DNA of 64,000 bases from Lytechinus pictus. Taxonomy: Eukaryota. The notes below the pieces were generated by a model, which saw nothing but the letters and a program-made list of their open reading frames with translations, was not told the DNA's origin and ran no database searches. The position numbers were made by a program, and so were the translations under genes. Of the stretch, positions 52,990 to 64,000 are shown in pieces. Location of the stretch: the NCBI RefSeq assembly GCF_037042905.1, contig NC_087246.1:6078001-6142000 (forward strand), in the 5' to 3' direction. Numbering within the stretch: the stretch's first letter is position 1; every line of letters begins with the position of its first letter.

Positions 52990-53640
52990 TGAATATTATT
53001 TGGCAAAAAGAAGCTGCTGAAAACTGCTTATCTAAAAAAAGGAGAGCCAATGGAGTAAATTAGAGAGTAAAACATTCCTTTTTGGATATAATTATATACA
53101 TATTACTTATAGATACATATTTACACTTACCTTCTTCTCTTAGTTTGTTTAACGCTTTATCGTATATACTTATACCGTATGTCTTTTGCACTTATCAGTT
53201 GTTCCCCATTCTTTCCCTTTTTTCCCCACTCTTATGCACCAGTTTATTATGCCTTTCTTTGTAACCTGTTTGACCCACCTCTCACTAATTCTCTTGTTAT
53301 TCATCTCTTCCTCATACCCTCTATCACTGTTTTGTTCCAGATCCTGTTTGATGTTGCCTGCCTCATAATCTTAATCCCTCTTAGCTTAAGTTAAGGTCTT
53401 TCATTGGCCTTACTTACACTAACTTCCCTTTGTGTCTGCCTACTCCTTTTCTTTCATCCCTTCTCTAACCTGATTGGTCTTCTCTACTCACTAATGCCCC
53501 TTTTGTCTCCTTGTTTCTAGAGTTGCTGTAGCATGTCTGTGGTCTATGTTATGGTTGTTCCACTTTATATGTTTGTCATTTTGCCTCCGACGAAGATTCT
53601 GCTAGGATCGAAAGCTTAGGCCCATTTTTGATTCTTGAAT
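52990..53640 (+). mobile_element. 3' end of a Penelope-like retroelement
   Basis: Frameshifted EYY-WQK-KL.KT...EP-NGVN resembling the GIY-YIG C-terminus, pyrimidine-rich UTR, then a hammerhead motif. Confidence 0.6.
53583..53621 (+). ncRNA. Minimal type I hammerhead ribozyme motif (core variant)
   Basis: GCCT-CCGACGA-A-GATTC-TGCTA-GGATC-GAAA-GC-TT-AGGC: stem I GCCT/AGGC, stem II GATTC/GGATC, palindromic AAGCTT stem III. Confidence 0.65.
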
Positions 53641-54304
53641 ATTATTTGCGGGAAATATTGGGGCTACTTTAGAAAAGACTGTCGCCCCAAAGCATCAAAT
53701 TTGGTGGATTATTTGTTCTTCGCCCCAAGTCAGCCCAAAATCGTCCTCGATCCTTTGTATTGCCTGGCTGTTCTACTAGACTACGACTTGTTACACCTCG
53801 ATAGGAGGAGAAAAAAAACTTTCTGCATTTGTTTTGGTTGTTGGATTGTAGATTTCGAGTTTGAACATTGAAAATAATGATCTCCGCCCCGAGTGAAATT
53901 TCTGATAACAAAACCATCTTGACGATCTTTGGGTATTGTGGATACATAAAAATAGGTATTTACAAAACTTAATATGGACCGACAAAACTAAAATACTTGT
54001 ATTTGATTCTCTCATGTAATGTTCGAAACAGATTCACTTAATTTTAAAGTTCCTTTTAAATGCGACATGTCCGGAAATGGGGAGGGGGTGGGGGTATTGA
54101 TCCCCATTACTCCATTTTTCACCATGCATGAAGTCTGGCTTTATTGGTCCTTTGCAAGAATTCGTCGTGATGATAGGAGTGAGCGACTAGTAATAAATGT
54201 ACAAGGGTACAAAATACGTTATTTTTGTCATTTTGACATGGCAACAGTTTTTTTTTCATCCCTTGTAATGTATCTCATGATGAAATGACAATATTTTTGT
54301 CTCG

Positions 54305-55745
54305 GGTCCGAGAAAAATATGCGCCGGGCCAAATCCAAAATGGCCGCCACCCCCCCCCCCTCCCTTCACATTTTTGTGGGGCAGGCAATTTATTTTTCCT
54401 AAAATTTGTACCCGGTACTTTTAAACCATTATTTGTAGAGTTAAAATGTGATTTTACCTAAATTTAACAACCCCCTTTCCAGCCCAAAAGTAGATTTCGT
54501 TATCTTGTGGTTCTTGGATATTAACTTTTATTTAGACGATACGAGTTGAACAATACCAAGCAGCTTCATATAGCTTTATTGCTATCATTCCTCTAAAATG
54601 GGGTTTACGGATATTTGCGAAATATATCTTATCAAATAAAACAATGTCATTTATCTATAGCAAAGGGGCTATACGCTTTATCTATACAATGTACTTTACA
54701 TACTGCACTACGTACATCATGTACATGCATTGACCACCATACATAAACTAGTGTCACAGAAGCGAGCTCCTGAGGTTTGGAATTAGGTGCCTCAGAAATT
54801 GAAGATCTATGTTTAGTCAAATGAAATACACTGTATGCTAATTCAGGGGACGCAGAGAGGTAAATATTAACAATGGATTATAGTCAACCCCACATGATTG
54901 CAGCTGCACTGTAACTATTATTGCCATCCAATGGTAACTTGGAATTCTTGATTCTGATTGGCATTTGATCAGCATTACCATGGAAGTTACCTGACCCCAT
55001 AAACATAGGTTTAGACACCACAACCAGGAAAAAAAACTCCAAATAAAAGACATTATTAAAAACTAAAAATGGGATGTACTATAGTGATGTTTATGTGCAA
55101 TTGATGTTACATTGGCTTACATCGATCATGTATATCAGCTGACAAGCAATCAAAATTCACAATTCTCAATCTGATTCTAAACCTCAGTAGCTCACTTCTA
55201 AGACACTATAGTTTATATACAGGCCTTGTTATATGTCATAGTAGTCAATGCATGTATATATGCAGTGTAGTATGTAGAGTACATTGTATATAAATGACAT
55301 TTTTTATAGACATATTTTGCAAATATCCGCAAACCCAGAATAAAAACAATATATAAGAAGCTGCTTGCTATTGTTATACTCGTATCGTTTAATATCCAAG
55401 AACCACAAGACGATGAAACCTACTTTTGGCTGAAAAAAAAGGGTCTAAAAATTGGTAAATTTTGGTAACATTACCTATTAACTCTATAAAGAATGGTTTT
55501 AAAGTACTAAGTTTAGGGGAAAAATAAATTGCCCCCAAAACATATGAATAGACACCAAAACCAGAGAAAAAGACCATCAAATAAATTTGTATTACTTTAT
55601 ATTACTTTGTATTACGATTTGAATGAAAATCGAATAAAGAATTGAAAATAAAGAAATTGTGGCCAAATATGTGAATTCGGGGGGGGGGGGGGGTATGGCG
55701 GCCATTTTGGATTTTGGCCCGGCACACTTTTTTTCTCGGTAAAAG
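54305..55745. mobile_element. Foldback element with long imperfect inverted arms
   Basis: CCGAGAAAAA...CCAAAATGGCCGCC vs GGCGGCCATTTTGG...TTTTTCTCGG; TCTTGTGGTTCTTGGATATTA (54500s) vs TAATATCCAAGAACCACAAGA (55390s). Confidence 0.82.
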
Positions 55746-55980
55746 GAACACAAAAACCTGTTGCCACAGTAAAACAAAAACCACCCATTTATAGCCCACT
55801 CCTAATGATAAGACAATAAAAACAAACAATACGAATGAATAGTTTTATCGTCGGTTACCTATTGAAGTGTGACCTATGAAACCATCATAATCAGGGCGGA
55901 TGGATATCTTATGGATGGGCATGTAAGTACATGTACATATAGTGCATTCTGCAATAATTTTAAGCATGATGTTCCTAAGT

Positions 55981-56499
55981 TTAAAGGCGAATTTCACCCT
56001 GACGAAAAGTGCATTGCAGAAATCGCAGAAAAAGTAATGAAAAACATTGGTAAAAGTTTGAGGAAACTTTATGATAAATTAAAAAAGTTATTATCATTTA
56101 TTTTTTTTATTTGTGACATCATATGCGAGCAGCTTCCCAATATATCGTGTATTTAAAAAATCAATTAAATGTAATTTTCTCGAAAAATTGAAAATACTTT
56201 TATTCTACCTTCATAATAATATGTCAGCACATAAATCATTTCACACCCGCTCCTGAAAGAAATACATCTTTAGTCATCATGAACCTTTCAATAATTGAAA
56301 TTTGCGCATTCTATATTACATAATACAATTATGGAGCACTGAGCTGCTCAATATGACGTCACAAATCAAAAACTTATCATTCTAATATATTTCTTGTTCT
56401 TCGATGGATTTTCCTTAAACATTCCCCATTGTTTTTCAAATTGTTTTTTTTCTGGTATTTTTACAATAAACTTTTCGTCAGGTTGAACTTCCCCTTTAA
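55981..56499. mobile_element. TTAA-targeting MITE (Kolobok/piggyBac-like)
   Basis: TTAA-AGGCGAATTTCACCCTGACGAAAAG ... CTTTTCGTCAGGTTGAACTTCCCCT-TTAA. Confidence 0.85.
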
Positions 56500-59116
56500 A
56501 TGCTATAGTATTGTGTCCTCTATAATTCCTCGCCTTTCCATCATGCAGAAATATATGCATTGTCGCCATTTTTTTCTTCATTTTATCAGACGGCAAATTT
56601 AATTTGATCTACAATTAATGTAAATATGCATTTTGAATCGCTTTGTTTGATATGCCTGTTACAGTGATACATTTAATGAGGATATGAAAGATATATGATC
56701 TGGTTAATCAATTATAATACTTCCTAATCGTTTCTGCATCTCTCTTGCCTGTTAGCATAGACATCCATCTGAGAACAAATAAATCCATGGAGCTACATTT
56801 GTCCATGGTAAATCAGTTTATACATCAGTGTACAATGTACATGTACATACATGTAATTCTAACTACCCAAGCTTTGTATGTGTGGTCAACGCCTATAGCC
56901 CCCTTTTCTCGAAACCTTATCTGTAATATCTCTGTAATATCTCTGTCAACATATTTCATAGTTACGACTTCGACTTACTCAAAGGTTTTATAAATATGGG
57001 AACTCGTAATAAGAGAGAACATGTATGCATTTAATGACACTTTATCAGCATCCGTTTAATACATATTATAGATTTGAAGGTTATAGATTATAGGTTTGAA
57101 ACATACATGTACTACAAGAACGTCACATATAATCACTCTGATATTAACCACTAGATTGATGAATGCGTTTATAATGGGAGGAAAGATGCGAAATCAACAT
57201 AATTTTAGCTCATTGTATTTTCTCGGTCGAACACATATTTCACTCACAGATTAGTTATTTTGACCAATCCCATTTAAACGAGTTATATATACTAAAGAGT
57301 GATGTTTTGTAATAATTTTATGGCGATGCCATGTGTTACAGACGACCTTATCTCTTTTATGGAGATTGGTAATCTCTATGTAACTCCCATTTATAAAAGG
57401 AATTATGATTTAAAGGAAGTGTCACTTCTCTTTTCCATTTAAAATCAACCACATTATGTTTACATTATTTGAGATGATTTCCAAGGTCATAAAAACAAAA
57501 ATCACGTTTATAATACACCAACCGAAAGATTTAGTTAGCTTCCAAACAAAGTTACAATGTTTATTTGTTCAAGTGATATTTCTGAATGCCTCCGTGCTTG
57601 CTTATGAACACATATTTTGTTATAATTATAATGATGAATAGAAACCTAGAAGTAGGTCGAAAAATAGATAGATAGATGGATGGATGGACGGATAGATATA
57701 TATGTAGATAGGTAGATAGATAGATAGCATAGGTAGATATAGAGAGAGAGACAGACAGAGAGAGAAGGGGGTGGGGTGTGGTGGGGTGGGTTCCATGCTC
57801 AACCTCTGATGAGCAAAAGCACGTTAAATAAAGAAAAATAAACATCACCACCAAAACATCAAAGAGCACTGTTTGAAATCTTTTTTAGTAGGGAAGAGAA
57901 ATGACAAAATATATGTATATACATCTAAATAACTAGTGCTGTTAAGTACGGGGGCAGTAAAGTCACAAGCCCCCTTTCCCATCTGCTGAAAAAAAAATCC
58001 AATATCCCACAGTGCATGTGTCCCACAAAGTATACACAGTGTGAAATCATCGTCACACTGTTAAATTCTAGCATCATTAAGTATCGCACTTTCACAACTC
58101 ACTGCTTTCACACTGTGAACACACCCTACGGCCAGGGATTTAGCTACGACACTGTTCTTTCCAGCAGTCCATCTCCTCTCAGTTTGCATCGGAAAGGGGG
58201 GGGGGGTGTACTTGTTGGGTAAAGAGAAAGAAAATCAGTAAATTAAAAGGGAAAAGGGCATCTCTTTGGAATATCCTATATACCATTACGCGAATTGTCT
58301 TCTTACGCTCACCGTGTACCGATTTTAACAACGTGATTTGAATATTTTGCTCTTGGTGCCCCTCCTCCTTCCCCACTAGTAATGTCATGACCCATGTGAT
58401 ACGCCACTGTAGACACTGGCGTATAGATGGGGGTGTTTTGGGGGCTCTTGCCCCCCCCCCCCAAAAAAAAAAAAAATAAATAAAATAAATAAATAAATAA
58501 ATAAAATAAAATCACGACCCAAAAAAATATTTTGAAAAAATAGAAAGAAAAGAAAAGAGAGAAGGGTGAAATATATAATTTTATGAATACTATGTTAAAA
58601 TCTATCACAAAATTGGGTTTTTCAAATAAAAATGTCGAAATTTTTGCTCACTCACTTTGCTCGATCACAACTTTTTATTAATTTTACGCGATAAGCCATA
58701 TCTAGCCCCCTCAAATTTTTGGATCGTTACGACACTGACTGTATGTAACTAAGATTTACTTTGGTTTTCATGAACTGCATGAAAATAAGACCGGTTATGA
58801 AGTATTCGATCATTATTTTTCATTAAAGCTCCCATAAGCTTATGTATTAAAAAATATTAATATAAATCAGATGTGGTTTAGACTTACATATTATATTATT
58901 ATAATTATATTGCGGAGTCATTCAGCAAGATGTCTGAGCATGTTCATGTATCCTGTATGATATAAGGCATGATTTAGTTGTGCACATCAGAAAGGTGATC
59001 TACATCGTGTACATGTATATATTTTTCCACCCCACTTACTATCACAATATCATCCATCAATATCTTCTTATGAAATTCAAATTCAAGACTACTTGGTGTG
59101 ATTTGGGTACTTAATA

Positions 59117-59642
59117 CAGGGTTTGGCTCAATTACTTTCTTCAATTGCAATTACGCAATTGAAGAAATGTTCAATTACAATTACTTTTCAATTAAACTAC
59201 ATTTTTTCAATTACAATTACCAATTACTTTTGTCATTTACAAGTACAATTTCAATTACTTTCTAGAAAAGTTACAAATGAAATCGCTTTTGTATTATGTA
59301 TGTATTAGCACCACCTATTTAAACATTATTCTACCTGTTAGTTATAGAGAAACTGACAAGATGAAGGTTTATGTTAAAGAGCACATATTCTGCTTATTAC
59401 ACTCTTTGATGCTGAAGCAGTTGACATGAAATAGGTCATTAAATTAAATCATAAATTAAGTAAGTTTATTGTAAAGTAATTGAATGTAATTAAAAGTAAC
59501 TGACAGTAATTGAAGTCAATTACATTTTCAATATACAATTACAGTTACATTCCCTTTCAAAATTTCAAATACAATTACAATTACTCAAAAATGTAATTAA
59601 TTACGTAATTGATCAATAACCTTGTAATTGAGCCCAACCCTG
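59117..59642. mobile_element. hAT-like MITE with CAATTA repeats
   Basis: TIRs CAGGGTTTGGCTCAATTAC / GTAATTGAGCCCAACCCTG; flanks ACTTAATA / ACATAATA. Confidence 0.88.
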
Positions 59643-61447
59643 ACATAATATGAATAAAAATGGATCAATCCGATCTGATATTTAATTAGCATTTACAAGA
59701 ATGGTTCTATAACCATGATAACAGCCTAAACATTATTATTTTAATCGCTTTTATACACTCACTCTATCTACACCATACAGCTGGTTTACAAGTCCCTTTA
59801 GTCGACGCCAATGCACTCTTCACACTTTAACGTTTAAAATATTCAGTGAAACACTGTCTAATAACTCCCTAACGACTCTCATATTAAAAGTACAAAAGAG
59901 GAATACGAGATGGTGATCGAAGAAGAAAAATAAGGGTAAACATCCCCATATGGTGATATGAAGGCCCTCGCGGGCATGCACATCATGAATAAATTTGTAA
60001 CGCCACGAGGCACTCGGTCTCCAGGGATATATATTATTTTAAAACAAACTGACATGATGAAGGATAGAGTTTTATACTTGACGATGTTCGTTTTCAGAAA
60101 CAGAAGAGAAAATATGGATTGGGAATACATCATCACTCTGAAAATAGTAAAGCTTGATGGTTCTTGATTGAGTCTCTTCCATAGAATTGTAACAGTTCAC
60201 GAATTAAAAATAAAAAGTAAAAAAAAAAAATGTGCTCACAAAAAATGTTCCCGATTCCATTTCCTTATTGAAGAGCATCCACAAGGGTTACCAATCCATG
60301 CGCCGTGCCGAGCATCGAACCTTGGATTTTCGTGTATTTGGTCAGGCGCGCGACCGAGATATTGAGGCTATGAATTTGGCGCGTATAATACCTATGAAAA
60401 TGGTTTGAAAACGTCACACTTTTAGGCCTTGTACAGTTCATGTATGTCTTTGTTTATAAAGTTTCTCCACGTTTGTCTATCGTTTGATCAATTATTAACC
60501 TATGCCGTTTATCATACTATCTATGTATCAATTGCACTGATGGCACTGTTGTGTAATTTTCTCACAAATGTCGAAAATATAAAAATGTGATACCTATCAC
60601 ACTTTTTAGGAACCTGATTTTATTTAATTTTATCAATGCATCGTAAGTGTTGAGTTGCTGTTATACAATTTTTCTTTGAAATTGAAACATTGTTTTAATG
60701 CCATTAGCTGTACCAAACCGAGTGTAAAAATGGAAAAAAGGGAATAAACATGTATATATTTTTAAAAGACATTACTAAGCCCATCAGCTACATCATGGAC
60801 ATACATGGCGATATTTACATGTATAGGACTGGGTCTATATTTCTCCCAGGCCGCAAAGACAGGGGTGCTTTGGAATCGGATAGAGGCCCATCTTAACATG
60901 CAAGAAAACAGGTTACATATTTACCATTAGGTAAATTACAGATATGCTTAAAGTCATGTGGGTGTCAGTTTTCATGAGGAGTGGATTATCATTTACCCAC
61001 GATGAAACAGTTGCCTCTCGGTATATTTTCTTTTCAGAACCATAATGATAGCATTTAGTATGCACCCAGTCAAACGGAATATAAGTATTTTTATTATCCG
61101 ATAGAAGTACACTTGCCTATTATGACGTTATATTTTGTATTGATCGTGATAATAGCTAGGTATTTAGCACGGATCTTAGAAATCACTATGGTAATGAAGC
61201 AATAATTCAAAGAAATGCATTGAAATTTGCATTTGAATTAAGGATTTAACGTAATAATTACACGTGAATCAGCTCATGAATGCCAACAAGGTTGAAAGAA
61301 GACAGAACCACAACATCATTTGGTTGTCGGAAGAGTTAATGAAATTTAGACTTCGTTTCCACTTCGCCAAAAAAAACCCAACAATGGTTCCATGAAATGA
61401 ATCACATGACTTCTACAAATAATATTAGGATTGGGAACATTGGCACT

Positions 61448-61888
61448 TCATCCCAGGAAGCCTATCGATTTTGAGTTCGAAATGTCAAAGGTCAAGGTCA
61501 CAGTGACATGTTTTCATCTTATACCTTCTGCAGTCCTTGTAAACGCGATAACTTCAGTTTAACTTCACCTACATGTAGGCTCATATAATTTGGTGTGTAT
61601 GATATTAGCATGGATCATAGGTAGCCTATTGATCTTGCGGTCAAAAGGTTAAAGGTCAAGATCACAGTGACACCATGCACCTCACCCTTTTGAAGTCCTT
61701 GTTGACGTGATAACTTTAGTTTAACTTAACCTAGGCTCATATAATTTGGTGCGTATGATACTAGCATAGATTCCAGGAATTATATCGATTTTGAGGTCAG
61801 AAGGTCAAAGGTGAAGTTGCCACCATCCACTTTTCTTGCTTGACCAATAACTCCATTTTCCACGTTACAGGCGGGCGTGCTCGCCTTA
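61448..61888 (+). mobile_element. Helentron/DINE-1-like family H1, 5'-truncated copy
   Basis: Homologous to 9100-9900; 3' hairpin interrupted by another MITE (about 61889-62272). Confidence 0.78.
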
Positions 61889-62607
61889 AGGCCACCGCAC
61901 ACCTTACGATTTGTCTGCGACCCGATTTTGGAATAAAACGTAATAGAATTTGATGCTAATATTGAAACATGGTATATCTTACTGTGTAACGTTCTAAGTC
62001 ATCGCAAGAATACCTATGTTCCAATATGTGACTATGCTATCTTCCTTATCAGAATAAAATTTAATATTTAGTCATAATGACGTCATAGCAGTCGTACGAT
62101 TTGTTACGATTTGAAACATAATTTGGCCTTTTCTCCAAAATGAAGGTTTGTAATCATCCAAAATTGTTATATTAATATTCTTTCAGTTAATATGAACCTG
62201 AAATAAAAAGATACTTTTCATTCACATTTTCAGAAAATGAGTAAAACCGCGTTTTAATCCAAAATCGGATCGTTTTTTACTGAACCCTTTGATAAATGGA
62301 TGTGATGAAGAACTGAAATACATGTCTCTGCACTCTACCAAAATCTGGTATAGTGTTAACTATGTTTGAACTTATTTCCGCCCATGAACATGAGTCAAAA
62401 GTGAAACCATCCGGTTGTTGTCGAGAGAAGATAAATAAAGGGAAACATGCTTCAATTGTTATCTGTTACCATGGGGATCTTATATGAGGATATGAAAAGT
62501 TATATAGAAAGATCATACCAGGGGCGGATCTAGCTTTTTTCCATGGGGGGGGGGGGTCGGGTTGACCAGAAGGAACATCACCTGCGAGCCGCGAAGCAGC
62601 GAGTCGA

Positions 62608-63256
62608 TTTTTGTATCACCTGCATAGCAGAGCGATACTATAGGCTCCGCTATTCCGACGGCGGCGGCGTCGTCAACATCAAATCTTAATCTAAGATTAA
62701 GTTTTTGAAATGACATCATAACTTAAAAAGTATATGGACCTAGTAGATGAAACTTGGACATAAGGGTAATCAAGTATTACTGAACATTGGTTTCAGGTCA
62801 GATGACTACGGTCAAATGTCATTTAGGGTCAATGAACTTAGAACATGTTTGGGGAATCAATATAGAAATCTTAACCAAGGTTAAGTTTTTGAAATCTCAT
62901 CATAACTTCGAAAGTGTATGGACCTAGTTTATGTAACTTACACATAAGGGTAATGAAGTATCACTGAACATCCTATGCAAAATTCAGGTCACATGACCAA
63001 GGTCAAAGGTCATTCTGGGTCAATGAACTTTAATCATTTTGTAGGTATTTGTTGAATTACCATCATAAGTTTGAAAGTTTATGGATATTTAGTTAATGAA
63101 ATGTGGACATAGGGGTAATCCAGTATCATCGCTCATCTTGCACAAGTCGTAGGTCACTTGATCAAGGTCAAATGTCATGTAGGGTCAATGAACGTAGTAG
63201 TATATTATTATATGAATGGTGTTATTTTATAGCCATTTTCAAAGTCAGCACTGCTG
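62608..63256 (+). mobile_element. Helentron/DINE-1-like family H2, 3'-truncated copy
   Basis: H2 5' terminus and internal repeats; breaks off after AAAGTCAGCACTGCTG. Confidence 0.8.
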
Positions 63257-63353
63257 TCGTGGTCTAGTGGTTCTGACTCTCCCTGATGTTTTCCTGGCAT
63301 ATATTAACGCAATGGAGACCATAAAAGACAGTTAATGCTATGGGGGTCTGGAC

Positions 63354-63489
63354 ATAATGATAATTATAATTGTAATGCACATTATTTTTAATTGGCAACC
63401 CGAGTGGGAGGGGTAACCCCCCTAACCCCCTTGGGCTGCCGAGTAAAAAAGATAATAATAATGTGCATTACAATTATAATTATCATTAT
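63354..63489. repeat. Perfect 33-bp inverted repeat around a GC-rich core
   Basis: ATAATGATAATTATAATTGTAATGCACATTATT and its exact reverse complement at 63457-63489. Confidence 0.88.
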
Positions 63490-64000
63490 ATAATTATCAT
63501 GCCACTGCATGCAGCATATTCTTCTTCACGTCCGTTGACGTTGAGACGCGACTTAAACACCGTTTAAAACTTTTCAAACTGAATACAGCATTAATTTAAT
63601 ATACACATGGGGGAAGGGGGGGGGGGCTCGGCTATGGATTCAAAATAGTTTGTCTTTTTCATGTTTTCCTCACCCCTTAATTTTATCTCAAATATTCTAT
63701 TTTGACATTTGCTTCTGTGACATTTGCTCCGGTCTTACTAGTAATATCTCAGATGACTTGGGGTTAGAGTTAGGATTGTAACAAAGTTCAGAATAATGTA
63801 AAGATACATGCTAGGATTATGGTCTTACTTAGTTTTGGAGGTTAGATTTTTTGTTTGGTGCAGATTTTCCATTGGAGCAATTGTCGCCGGAGCAGCTAGT
63901 GTCATGGAACCAAATTTTAGACCCTTTCCACGCGACATTCACGAAAGGATTGGATCCAATGTATATTGACTCCTTTTTTTTTTACTGCAAGGCAAGCGTT

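Noticed and set aside
57804..57830. CTGATGA-GC-AAAA-GC, a possible hammerhead
   Set aside because: No GAAA after the short stem.
59780..60167. Candidate second exon for the gene starting at 52454 (also 60850-60911)
   Set aside because: Phase-compatible frames reach stops and show no recognisable domain.

Overview
AT-rich, intron-containing, repeat-dense animal genomic DNA; the repeat families suggest an echinoderm such as a sea urchin (inference only). All intact genes are on the + strand: (1) the last seven coding exons of a xanthine dehydrogenase/aldehyde oxidase family gene (954-6333); (2) two paralogous arylamine N-acetyltransferases with intronless CDSs and intact Cys-His-Asp triads (20630-21544, 37684-38619); (3) the first coding exon of a probable type II membrane protein (52454-52605). 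A decayed minus-strand reading frame between the NATs has weak Mab-21/cGAS-like motifs. The rest is nested non-autonomous transposons (hAT-, Tc1/mariner-, Harbinger-, TTAA- and Helentron/DINE-like), LINE remnants, tRNA-derived SINEs, a Penelope-like 3' end carrying a minimal hammerhead ribozyme motif, and several minisatellites. Best leads: the intronic hammerhead, TACATGTA/TAGGCCTA excision footprints visible at homologous sites, the possible cGLR pseudogene, and the XDH/AOX-NAT-NAT neighbourhood. No clearly novel system could be established from sequence alone. All alignments and translations were done by eye.
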